This document shows positions 1 through 13,325 of a stretch of 64,000 nucleotides of DNA, in pieces. Both the position numbers and the translations under genes were made by a program. The notes under the pieces were generated by a model. It was not told where the DNA came from. It did not search any database and saw nothing but the letters and a program-made list of their open reading frames with translations. Position 1 is the first letter of the stretch. Each line of letters starts with the position of its first letter. This stretch comes from Eledone cirrhosa (lineage: Eukaryota), in NCBI GenBank assembly GCA_964016885.1, contig OZ024742.1, positions 368,652,001 through 368,716,000 of the forward strand. Reading direction: 5' to 3'.

Positions 1-636
1 GAGAGTGTGTATCTATATATATATATATAGGGTATGTATATATATATATATATAGGGTGTGTATATATATATAGGGTGTATATATATATATATAGGGTGA
101 ATATATATATATATAGGGTATATATATATATATATAGGGTGTGTATATATACATATATATATATATATATAGGGTGTGTATATATATATATATAGGGTGT
201 ATATATATATATATTGGGTGTGTGTATATATATATAGGGTGTGTATATTTATATATATAAGGTGTGTATATATATATAGGGTGTGTATATATATATATAT
301 AGGGTGTATATATATATATAGAGTGTAATATATATATATATATAGGGTGTGTATATATATATATATATATAGGGTGTATATATATATATATAGGGTGTGT
401 ATATATATATATATAGGGTGTATATATATATATATATTTATAGGGTGTATAATATATATATATATATATAGGGTGTGTGTATATATAGAGGGTGTGTATC
501 TTATATATATATATACGGTATGTATATATATATATATATATAGGGTGTATATATGTATATATATAGGGTGTATATATATATATATATATAGGGTGTGTAT
601 ATATATAGAGGGTGTGTATCTATATATATATAGGGG

Positions 637-677
<41 letters not shown>

Positions 678-1026
678 ATAGGGTGTGTATATATATATAT
701 ATAGGGTGTATATATATATATATAGGGTGTATATATATATAATAGGGTGTGTATATATATATATATAGGGTTTATATATATATATATATAGGTGTGTATA
801 ATTATATATATAGGGTGTATATATATATATATGTATATATATAGGGTGTGTATATATATAAATAGGGTGTGTATATATATATATATATATAGGGTGTGTA
901 TATATGTATATATATAGGGTGTATATATATATATATAGGGTGTGTATATGTATATATATGGTGTATATATATATATATAGGGTGAATATATATATATATA
1001 TAGGGTATATATATATATATAGGGTG

Positions 1027-1062
<36 letters not shown>

Positions 1063-1221
1063 GGGTGTGTGTATATATATATATAGGGTGTATATTTATA
1101 TATATAAGGTGTGTATATATATATATATATAGGGTGTATATATATATATAGAGTGTATATATATATATATATAGGGTGTGTATATATATATATAGGGTGT
1201 GTATATATATATATATATAGA

Positions 1222-1258
<37 letters not shown>

Positions 1259-1275
1259 GTATATATATATATAGA

Positions 1276-1317
<42 letters not shown>

Positions 1318-1460
1318 TATATTTATATATAGGGCGTGTATATATATATATATAGGGTGTGTGTATATATATATAGGGTGTATATATATATATTATAGGG
1401 TGTATATATATATATAGGATGTATATATATATATATATAGGGTGTATATATATATATAGG

Positions 1461-1494
<34 letters not shown>

Positions 1495-2553
1495 TATATA
1501 GGGTGTGTATATATATATATATATAGGGTGTATATATATATAGGATCTGTATACATATATATATATATGTAGGGTGTGTATATATATATATATAGGGTGT
1601 GTATATATAAATATAGGGTGTATATATATATGTATATATATATATATATATATAGGGTGTATATATATATATACATATATATGGTGTATATATATATATA
1701 GGGTCTGTATATATATATATATATAGGGTGTGTATATATATATATATATATATATAGGGTGTATATATATATAGGGTGTGTACATATATATATATATAGG
1801 GTGTGTGTATATATATATATAGGGTGGGTATATATATATATATATATATATACGGTGTATATATATATCTATATAGGGTGTTTATATATATATATAGGGT
1901 TTATATATATATAGGGTGTATATATATATATATATATATATATAGGGTGTATATATATATATATAGGGTGTTTATATATATATAGGGTGTATATATATAT
2001 ATATATATATATAGGGTGTGTATATATATATATAGGGTGCATATATATATAGGGTGTATATATATATATAGGGTGTATATATATATATATATAGGGTGTA
2101 TATATATATAGGGTGTATATATAATTATAGGGTGTATATATATATATATATATATAGGGTATATATATATATATATAGGGTGTGTATATATATATATATA
2201 TAGGGTGTGTGTATATATATATAGGGTGTGTGTATATATAATATAGGGTGTATATATATATATTGGGTGTGTATATATATATATAGGGAGTGTATATATA
2301 TATAAGGTGTATATATATATATATAGGGTGTGTATATATATATTTATATAGGGTGTATATATATATATAAATAGGGTGTGTGTGTATATATATATATAGG
2401 GTGTATATATATATAGGGTGTATATATATATATATATATAGGGTGTGTATATATATATATAGGATGTGTATATATATGTATATATAGGGTGTATATATAT
2501 ATATATATATATATAGGGTGTATATATATATATATATAGGGTGTATATATATA

Positions 2554-2598
<45 letters not shown>

Positions 2599-2849
2599 GT
2601 GTATATATATAGAGGGTGTGTATCTATATATATATATAGGGTATGTATATATATATATATATATAGGGTGTGTATATATATATAGGGTGTTTATATATAT
2701 ATAGGGTGTGTATATATATATATATAGGGTGTGTATATATATATATAGGGTGTATATATATATATATATATAGGGTGTGTGTGTATATATATATATATAG
2801 GGTGTATATATATATATATATAGGGTGTATATATATATATATATATAGG

Positions 2850-2888
<39 letters not shown>

Positions 2889-3596
2889 GTATATATATAT
2901 ATAGAGTCGTATATATATATATATAGAGTGTATATATATATATATATAGGGTATATATTTATATATAGGGCGTGGAAATATATATATATAGGGTGTGTGT
3001 ATATATATATAGGGTGTATATATATATATAGGGTGTATATATATATATATATAGGATGTGTATATATATATATATAGGGTGTATATATATATATATATAG
3101 GTTGTGTATATATATATATATAGGGTGTATATATATATATATTGGGTGTGGATATATATATAGGGTGTATATATATATATATAGGGTGTGTATATTTAGA
3201 TATATATAGGGTGTATATATATATATATATATAGGGTGTATATATATATATATATATAGGGTGTATATATATATAGGATCTGTATACATATATATATATA
3301 TATGTAGGGTGTGTATATATATATAATATAGGGTGTGTATATATAAATATAGAGTATATATATATATATAGGGTGTATATAAATATATATATAGGGTGTA
3401 TATATATATATATATATATGGTGTATATATATATATAGGGTCTGTATATATATATATATAGGGTGTGTATATATATATATATATAGGGTGCATATATATA
3501 TAGGGTGTATATATATATATAGTGTGTATATATATATAGGGTGTATATATATATAGGGTTGTACATATAATTATAGGGTGTATATATATATATAGG

Positions 3597-3633
<37 letters not shown>

Positions 3634-4278
3634 GTGTATATATATATATAGGGTGTGTATATATATAGGGTGTGTATGTATATATATAGTGTATATATAT
3701 ATATATATATAGGGTGTATATATATATATATATATATATAGGGTGTGTATATATAAATATATAGGGTATATATATATAGGGTGTATATATATATATATAG
3801 GGTATATATATATATATATAGGGTGTGTATATATATATATATATATAGGGTGTGTGTATATATATATAGGGTGTGTGTATATATATATATAGGGTGTATA
3901 TATATATTGGGTGTGTATATATATATATATAGGGTGTGTATATACATATAAGGGGTATATATATATATATAGGGTGTGTATATATATAGGGTGTGTATAT
4001 ATATATATAGGGTGTATATATATATATATATTTATAGGGTGTATATATATTATATATATATATATAGGGTGTGTGTATATATAGAGGGTGTGTATCTATA
4101 TATATATATATACGGTATGTATATATATATATATATATAGGGTGTATATATGTATATATATAGGGTGTATATATATATATATATATAGGGTGTGTATATA
4201 TATATATATATAGGGTGTATATATATATATATAGGGTGAATATATATATATATAGGGTATATATATATATATAGGGTG

Positions 4279-4314
<36 letters not shown>

Positions 4315-4429
4315 GGGTGTGTATATATATATATATAGGGTGTATATATATATATATTGGGTGTGTGTATATATATATAGGGTGTGTATATATATATATA
4401 TATATGGTGTGTATATATATATATATAGA

Positions 4430-4465
<36 letters not shown>

Positions 4466-4484
4466 GTGTATATATATATAGAGA

Positions 4485-4520
<36 letters not shown>

Positions 4521-4739
4521 TATATTTATATATAGGGCGTGTGTATATATATATATAGGGTGTATATATATATATATTGGGGTGTGTGTATATATATATA
4601 AGGTGTGTATATATATATAGGGTGTGTATATATATATATATATAGGGTGTGTATATATATATTATAGAGTTTATATATATAATAATAGGGGTGTGATATA
4701 TATATATATATATATGGTGTGTATATATATATATATAGA

Positions 4740-4778
<39 letters not shown>

Positions 4779-4951
4779 GTGTATATATATATATAGAGTG
4801 TATATATATATATATATTATATATAGGGTATATATTTATATATAGGGCGTGTATATATATATATATAGGGTGTGTGTATATATATAGGGGTGTATATGAT
4901 ATATATATATAGGGGTGTATATATATATATATAGGGTGTATATATATATAT

Positions 4952-4984
<33 letters not shown>

Positions 4985-5170
4985 GGGTGTGTATATTTAT
5001 ATAGGGTGTTAAATATATATATATATATAGGGTGTATATATATATAGGATGTATGTATTATATATAGGGTGTATATATATATATATAGGATGTGTATATA
5101 TATATATATATATATAGGGTGTATATATATATATAGGTTGTGTATATATATTATTATATATATATAGGGT
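1..5170. repeat. Compound (TA)n-GGGTG(TG) microsatellite array
   Basis: Variable-length TA runs punctuated by GGGTG(TG) throughout; runs into the N gap. Confidence 0.97.
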
Positions 5171-5370
5171 NNNNNNNNNNNNNNNNNNNNNNNNNNNNNN
5201 NNNNNNNNNNNNNNNNNNNNNNNNNNNNNNNNNNNNNNNNNNNNNNNNNNNNNNNNNNNNNNNNNNNNNNNNNNNNNNNNNNNNNNNNNNNNNNNNNNNN
5301 NNNNNNNNNNNNNNNNNNNNNNNNNNNNNNNNNNNNNNNNNNNNNNNNNNNNNNNNNNNNNNNNNNNNNN
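5171..5370. other. Assembly gap (200 N)
   Basis: Run of N between two different tandem arrays. Confidence 0.99.
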
Positions 5371-8300
5371 AACAAGTGTTGGACAACTTTCATCAACCTA
5401 GTTAATGTCTACTGTCTCTGTTAACAAGTGTTGGACAACTTTCATCAACCTAGTTTAATGTCTACTGTCTCTGTTAACAAGTGTTGGACAACTTTCATCA
5501 ACCTAGTTTAATGTCTACTGTCCCTGTTAACAAGTGTTGGACAACTTTCATCATCTTAGTTTAATGTCTACTGTCCCTGTTAACAAGTGTTGGACAACTT
5601 TCATCATCCTAGTTTAATGTCTACTGTCCCTGTTAACAAGTGTTGGACAACTTTCATCATCTAGTTTAATGTCTACTGTCCCTGTTAACAAGTGTTGGAC
5701 AACTTTCATCATCCTAGTTTAATGTCTACTGTCCCTGTTAACAAGTGTTGGACAACTTTCATCATCTAGTTTAATGTCTACTGTCCCTGTTAACAAGTGT
5801 TGGACAACTTTCATCATCCTAGTTTAATGTCTACTGTCTCTGTTAACAAGTGTTGGACAACTTTCATCATCCTAGTTTAATGTCTACTGTCTCTGTTAAC
5901 AAGTGTTGGACAACTTTCATCATCCTAGTTTAATGTCTACTGTCTCTGTTAACAAGTGTTGGACAACTTTCATCATCCTAGTTTAATGTCTACTGTCTCT
6001 GTTAACAAGTGTTGGACAACTTTCATCATCCTAGTTTAATGTCTACTGTCCTGTTAACAAGTGTTGGACAACTTTCATCATCCTAGTTTAATGTCTACTG
6101 TCTCTGTTAACAAGTGTTGGACAACTTTCATCATCCTAGTTTAATGTCTACTGTCTCTGTTAACAAGTGTTGGACAACTTTCATCATCCTAGTTTAATGT
6201 CTACTGTCTCTGTTAACAAGTGTTGGACAACTTTCATCATCCTAGTTTAATGTCTACTGTCTCTGTTAACAAGTGTTGGACAACTTTCATCATCCTAGTT
6301 TAATGTCTACTGTCTCTGTTAACAAGTGTTGGACAACTTTCATCATCCTAGTTTAATGTCTACTGTCTCTGTTAACAAGTGTTGGACAACTTTCATCATC
6401 CTAGTTTAATGTCTACTGTCTCTGTTAACAAGTGTTGGACAACTTTCATCATCCTAGTTTAATGTCTACTGTCTCTGTTAACAAGTGTTGGACAACTTTC
6501 ATCATCCTAGTTTAATGTCTACTGTCTCTGTTAACAAGTGTTGGACAACTTTCATCATCCTAGTTTAATGTCTACTGTCTCTGTTAACAAGTGTTGGACA
6601 ACTTTCATCATCCTAGTTTAATGTCTACTGTCTCTGTTAACAAGTGTTGGACAACTTTCATCATCCTAGTTTAATGTCTACTGTCTCTGTTAACAAGTGT
6701 TGGACAACTTTCATCAACCTAGTTTAATGTCTACTGTCTCTGTTAACAAGTGTTGGACAACTTTCATCATCCTAGTTTAATGTCTACTGTCTCTGTTAAC
6801 AAGTGTTGGACAACTTTCATCATCCTAGTTTAATGTCTACTGTCTCTGTTAACAAGTGTTGGACAACTTTCATCATCCTAGTTTAATGTCTACTGTCTCT
6901 GTTAACAAGTGTTGGACAACTTTCATCAACCTAGTTTAATGTCTACTGTCTCTGTTAACAAGTGTTGGACAACTTTCATCATCCTAGTTTAATGTCTACT
7001 GTCTCTGTTAACAAGTGTTGGACAACTTTCATCATCCTAGTTTAATGTCTACTGTCTCTGTTAACAAGTGTTGGACAACTTTCATCATCCTAGTTTAATG
7101 TCTACTGTCTCTGTTAACAAGTGTTGGACAACTTTCATCATCCTAGTTTAATGTCTACTGTCTCTGTTAACAAGTGTTGGACAACTTTCATCATCCTAGT
7201 TTAATGTCTACTGTCTCTGTTAACAAGTGTTGGACAACTTTCATCATCCTACTTTAATGTCTACTGTTCCTGTTAACAAGTGTTGGACAACTTTCATCAA
7301 CCTAGTTTAATGTCTACTGTCTCTGTTAACAAGTGTTGGACAACTTTCATCATCCTAGTTTAATGTCTACTGTCTCTGTTAACAAGTGTTGGACAACTTT
7401 CATCATCCTAGTTTAATGTCTACTGTCCCTGTTAACAAGTGTTGGACAACTTTCATCATCCTAGTTTAATGTCTACTGTCTCTGTTAACAAGTGTTGGAC
7501 AACTTTCATCATCCTAGTTTAATGTCTACTGTCCCTGTTAACAAGTGTTGGACAACTTTCATCATCCTAGTTTAATGTCTACTGTCTCTGTTAACAAGTG
7601 TTGGACAACTTTCATCATCCTAGTTTAATGTCTACTGTCCCTGTTAACAAGTGTTGGACAACTTTCATCATCCTAGTTTAATGTCTACTGTCTCTGTTAA
7701 CAAGTGTTGGACAACTTTCATCATCCTAGTTTAATGTCTACTGTCTCTGTTAACAAGTGTTGGACAACTTTCATCATCCTAGTTTAATGTCTACTGTCCC
7801 TGTTAACAAGTGTTGGACAACTTTCATCATCCTAGTTTAATGTCTACTGTCTCTGTTAACAAGTGTTGGACAACTTTCATCATCCTAGTTTAATGTCTAC
7901 TGTCCCTGTTAACAAGTGTTGGACAACTTTCATCATCCTAGTTTAATGTCTACTGTCTCTGTTAACAAGTGTTGGACAACTTTCATCATCCTAGTTTAAT
8001 GTCTACTGTCCCTGTTAACAAGTGTTGGACAACTTTCATCAACCTAGTTTAATGTCTACTGTCTCTGTTAACAAGTGTTGGACAACTTTCATCATCCTAG
8101 TTTAATGTCTACTGTCCCTGTTAACAAGTGTTGGACAACTTTCATCATCCTAGTTTAATGTCTACTGTCTCTGTTAACAAGTGTTGGACAACTTTCATCA
8201 TCCTAGTTTAATGTCTACTGTCCCTGTTAACAAGTGTTGGACAACTTTCATCAACCTAGTTTAATGTCTACTGTCTCTGTTAACAAGTGTTGGACAACTT

Positions 8301-11300
8301 TCATCAACCTAGTTTAATGTCTACTGTCCCTGTTAACAAGTGTTGGACAACTTTCATCATCTTAGTTTAATGTCCACTGTCCCTGTTAACAAGTGTTGGA
8401 CAACTTTCATCATCCTAGTTTAATGTCTATTGTCTCTGTTAACTAGTGTTGGACAACTTTCATCATCCTAGTTTAATGTCTACTGTCTCTGTTAACAAGT
8501 GTTGGACAACTTTCATCATCCTAGTTTAATGTCTACTGTCCCTGTTAACAAGTGTTGGACAACTTTCATCATCCTAGTTTAATGTCTACTGTCTTTGTTA
8601 AGAAAGTGTTGGACAACTTTCATCATCTTAGTTTAATGTCTACTGTCTCTGTTAACAAGTGTTGGACAACTTTCATCATCCTAGTTTAATGTCTTCTGTC
8701 TCTGTTAACAAGTGTTGGACAACTTTCATCATCCTAGTTTAATGTCTACTGTCTCTGTTAACAAGTGTTGGACAACTTTCATCATCCTAGTTTAATGTCT
8801 ACTGTCCCTGTTAACAAGTGTTGGACAACTTTCATCATCCTAGTTTAATGTCTACTGTCTTTGTTAAGAAAGTGTTGGACAACTTTCATCATCTTAGTTT
8901 AATGTCTACTGTCTCTGTTAACAAGTGTTGGACAACTTTCATCATCCTAGTTTAATGTCTACTGTCCCTGTTAACAAGTGTTGGACAACTTTCATCATCC
9001 TAGTTTAATGTCTACTGTCTCTGTTAACAAGTGTTGGACAACTTTCATCAACCTAGTTTAAAGTCTACTGTCTCTGTTAACAAGTGTTGGACAACTTTCA
9101 TCATCCTAGTTTAATGTCTACTGTCTCTGTTAACAAGTGTTGGACAACTTTCATCATCCTAGTTTAATGTCTACTGTCTCTGTTAACAAGTGTTGGACAA
9201 CTTTCATCAACCTAGTTTAATGTCTACTGTCTCTGTTAACAAGTGTTGGACAACTTTCATCATCCTAGTTTAATGTCTACTGTCTCTGTTAACAAGTGTT
9301 GGACAACTTTCATCATCCTAGTTTAATGTCTACTGTCTCTGTTAACAAGTGTTGGACAACTTTCATCAACCTAGTTTAATGTCTACTGTCTCTGTTAACA
9401 AGTGTTGGACAACTTTCATCATCCTAGTTTAATGTCTACTGTCTCTGTTAACAAGTGTTGGACAACTTTCATCATCCTAGTTTAATGTCTACTGTCTCTG
9501 TTAACAAGTGTTGGACAACTTTCATCAACCTAGTTTAATGTCTACTGTCTCTGTTAACAAGTGTTGGACAACTTTCATCAACCTAGTTTAATGTCTACTG
9601 TCTCTGTTAACAAGTGTTGGACAACTTTCATCATCCTAGTTTAATGTCTACTGTCTCTGTTAACAAGTGTTGGACAACTTTCATCATCCTAGTTTAATGT
9701 CTACTGTTCCTGTTAACAAGTGTTGGACAACTTTCATCATCCTAGTTTAATGTCTACTGTCCCTGTTAACAAGTGTTGGACAACTTTCATCATCCTAGTT
9801 TAATGTCTACTGTCTCTGTTAACAAGTGTTGGACAACTTTCATCATCCTAGTTTAATGTCTACTGTCTCTGTTAACAAGTGTTCGACAACTTTCATCATC
9901 CTACTTTAATGTCTACTGTTCCTGTTAACAAGTGTTGGACAACTTTCATCAACCTAGTTTAATGTCTACTGTCTCTGTTAACAAGTGTTGGACAACTTTC
10001 ATCATCCTAGTTTAATGTCTACTGTCTCTGTTAACAAGTGTTGGACAACTTTCATCATCCTAGTTTAATGTCTACTGTCCCTGTTAACAAGTGTTGGACA
10101 ACTTTCATCATCCTAGTTTAATGTCTACTGTCTCTGTTAACAAGTGTTGGACAACTTTCATCATCCTAGTTTAATGTCTACTGTCCCTGTTAACAAGTGT
10201 TGGACAACTTTCATCATCCTAGTTTAATGTCTACTGTCTCTGTTAACAAGTGTTGGACAACTTTCATCATCCTAGTTTAATGTCTACTGTCCCTGTTAAC
10301 AAGTGTTGGACAACTTTCATCATCCTAGTTTAATGTCTACTGTCTCTGTTAACAAGTGTTGGACAACTTTCATCATCCTAGTTTAATGTCTACTGTCTCT
10401 GTTAACAAGTGTTGGACAACTTTCATCATCCTAGTTTAATGTCTACTGTCCCTGTTAACAAGTGTTGGACAACTTTCATCATCCTAGTTTAATGTCTACT
10501 GTCTCTGTTAACAAGTGTTGGACAACTTTCATCATCCTAGTTTAATGTCTACTGTCCCTGTTAACAAGTGTTGGACAACTTTCATCATCCTAGTTTAATG
10601 TCTACTGTCTCTGTTAACAAGTGTTGGACAACTTTCATCATCCTAGTTTAATGTCTACTGTCCCTGTTAACAAGTGTTGGACAACTTTCATCAACCTAGT
10701 TTAATGTCTACTGTCTCTGTTAACAAGTGTTGGACAACTTTCATCATCCTAGTTTAATGTCTACTGTCCCTGTTAACAAGTGTTGGACAACTTTCATCAT
10801 CCTAGTTTAATGTCTACTGTCTCTGTTAACAAGTGTTGGACAACTTTCATCATCCTAGTTTAATGTCTACTGTCCCTGTTAACAAGTGTTGGACAACTTT
10901 CATCAACCTAGTTTAATGTCTACTGTCTCTGTTAACAAGTGTTGGACAACTTTCATCAACCTAGTTTAATGTCTACTGTCCCTGTTAACAAGTGTTGGAC
11001 AACTTTCATCATCTTAGTTTAATGTCCACTGTCCCTGTTAACAAGTGTTGGACAACTTTCATCATCCTAGTTTAATGTCTATTGTCTCTGTTAACTAGTG
11101 TTGGACAACTTTCATCATCCTAGTTTAATGTCTACTGTCTCTGTTAACAAGTGTTGGACAACTTTCATCATCCTAGTTTAATGTCTACTGTCCCTGTTAA
11201 CAAGTGTTGGACAACTTTCATCATCCTAGTTTAATGTCTACTGTCTTTGTTAAGAAAGTGTTGGACAACTTTCATCATCTTAGTTTAATGTCTACTGTCT

Positions 11301-11801
11301 CTGTTAACAAGTGTTGGACAACTTTCATCATCCTAGTTTAATGTCTTCTGTCTCTGTTAACAAGTGTTGGACAACTTTCATCATCCTAGTTTAATGTCTA
11401 CTGTCTCTGTTAACAAGTGTTGGACAACTTTCATCATCCTAGTTTAATGTCTACTGTCCCTGTTAACAAGTGTTGGACAACTTTCATCATCCTAGTTTAA
11501 TGTCTACTGTCTTTGTTAAGAAAGTGTTGGACAACTTTCATCATCTTAGTTTAATGTCTACTGTCTCTGTTAACAAGTGTTGGACAACTTTCATCATCCT
11601 AGTTTAATGTCTACTGTCCCTGTTAACAAGTGTTGGACAACTTTCATCATCCTAGTTTAATGTCTACTGTCTCTGTTAACAAGTGTTGGACAACTTTCAT
11701 CATCTTAGTTTAATGTCTACTGTCTCTGTTAACAAGTGTTGGACAACTTTCATCATCCTAGTTTAATGTCTACTGTCCCTGTTAACAAGTGTTGGACAAC
11801 T
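5371..11801. repeat. 53-bp minisatellite, ~121 copies (AACAAGTGTTGGACAACTTTCATCATCCTAGTTTAATGTCTACTGTCTCTGTT)
   Basis: Period measured directly (unit starts at 5951 and 6004); few variant positions. Confidence 0.98.
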
Positions 11802-12045
11802 CTAAGTCAGTACTGAAGCAGGGATACTGACCTTCCACACATACCAAGAAGTCTATATCTTGCTTTTGTATGGTCATATGTTCTATCGAGTGAAGAGAAG
11901 TTGTCTTTTGATACAACTGAAGGGTCCTGCCAAACCCTTGTTTGACAACCATTCTACAGTTGGATGCACCTCTTAATACCAACCGCAGAGTGTACTGGGT
12001 GCTTTTGATCACCAACACTAGGGAGGTCATCATGTCCTTCACATG
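11802..12045 (-). mobile_element. Degenerate RTE-tail/SINE 3' region that runs into the 53-bp array
   Basis: Minus strand AAAAGCACCCAGTACACTCTGCGGTTGGTATTAAGAGGTGCATCCAACTGTAGAA resembles the RTE 3'UTR at 18941-19001 and the SINE tail at 32913-32970. Confidence 0.7.
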
Positions 12046-12084
12046 AGTTTTGTTTTACTATAATCCTAGTTTGGGGTCATAGCA

Positions 12085-12300
12085 TAGCCATATGGTTAAG
12101 GATTTCACTTAATCATTAGGTCCTGGTTTTGATCCCACGACATGGAATCTTGGGCAAGTGTCATAGCCTTCAGTCATCTCTTGCCTTGTGAGTAAAACTG
12201 GGTAGACAGAAACTATTTGGAAGCCTGTCAGATTGAATGTACCTGTAATTAATTCAAAGGGTCAATTTTGTCATATATTGTCTGATGGTGAATCTCCCTG
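12085..12300 (+). mobile_element. tRNA-derived SINE, degenerate
   Basis: A-box-like TAGCCATATGG, B-box-like GGTTTTGATCCC, then TTGGGCAAGTGTC core. Confidence 0.6.
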
Positions 12301-12309
12301 AGAATTATG

Positions 12310-12513
12310 TTAACCCTTTAGCCTTTATATTACTCCATATTTACTATTATATTTTCATAGTAAAGGCTTTTATCTCACATAATATTGAATCTATGAGATT
12401 TTGATATTTATTTTGAGAACAATACTTTAACATTAGTATGAGTGACCCGTTATGGCCAGTTTGAACAGAAAGAGGTGAGAGACTTCTGGCAGGTTTAAAT
12501 GCTAAAGGGTTAA
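12310..12513 (+). mobile_element. piggyBac-type MITE (family A)
   Basis: TTAA-CCCTTTAGC ... GCTAAAGGG-TTAA termini; homologous copies at 12722, 30272 and 33610. Confidence 0.8.
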
Positions 12514-12721
12514 GGGTATAAATGCCTGTTGAACGCTCAGCTACATACACTGTTCCATTGATCAATCAACTGGAATACTTATCATTGGAACCAACAGAGG
12601 TCCATTATATTCTAGTTTGATTCTTTAAAAAATCTCAAAACCCTTCATTTTAACATCATCACCATCATAGTTTACATGTTCGTGTTTCCAATTTAACCCT
12701 TTGGATACCAAATTGCTCATT

Positions 12722-12909
12722 TTAACCCTTCAGCATTTACAGTACTCTAGGCTTTTATTTCACATAATATATCACATCATATTGAATCTATGAGATTTTG
12801 ATATTTATTTTAAGTACATCAGAATGCATGGCTAGTTATGTCTGGTTTGAACAGAAAGAGATGAGAGAATTCTGGCTGGGTACAGCCGGTTTAAATGCTA
12901 AAGGGTTAA
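12722..12909 (+). mobile_element. piggyBac-type MITE (family A)
   Basis: TTAACCCTTCAGC ... GCTAAAGGGTTAA; internal sequence shared with the 12310 copy. Confidence 0.78.
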
Positions 12910-13115
12910 AGTGTTTACATTCATAAAAAAAGCTTCCATTATATTTTTTTTAAAGAAATTTTTGTTAAATGAAGTTTCAAATAGCAGCTTACTAATGAAA
13001 ATATTAAGTTATTTTAATAAATTTATATAATTTTTTTCTTATTATTTTCAAAATTATTTGAAGCATTAATTAGAAATATGGTATGGAAGGGTTTAAATAA
13101 ATAAAACCTAAATAC

Positions 13116-13261
13116 CTTTTCAGTACATTCATCAAAGAAAGCTAAGCTGACATCTTTATCAGATACAAAGGAACGTTCTTCTATAAATCGGATGTATGTT
13201 TGTGTTTTAATTAATACAGTAAAGAACTTTAAGTAGGCTTTGTCACGGCTCTTCAAAAATC
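13116..13261 (-). CDS. DENND4: DENND4/Crag exon, dDENN end ([49 protein letters not shown])
   Basis: Acceptor CAG, donor GTATTT; 146 nt, phase 1 to 0; motif FIEE.SFVSDKD.SLAFFD typical of DENND4. Confidence 0.93.
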
Positions 13262-13325
13262 CTGCAAAACACAAGAGATAAGGTTGTTTAGAAACCTTAG
13301 AGAGATATATCTTAAAGTACTTGGG

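Noticed and set aside
347-5424. YI-rich ORFs and ORFs spanning the N gap
   Set aside because: Translations of TA microsatellite or of undetermined bases
5371-11801. CRISPR-like appearance of regular repeats (also 26581-28165 and 15118-15648)
   Set aside because: Head-to-tail units with no unique spacers, no cas genes, eukaryotic intron context
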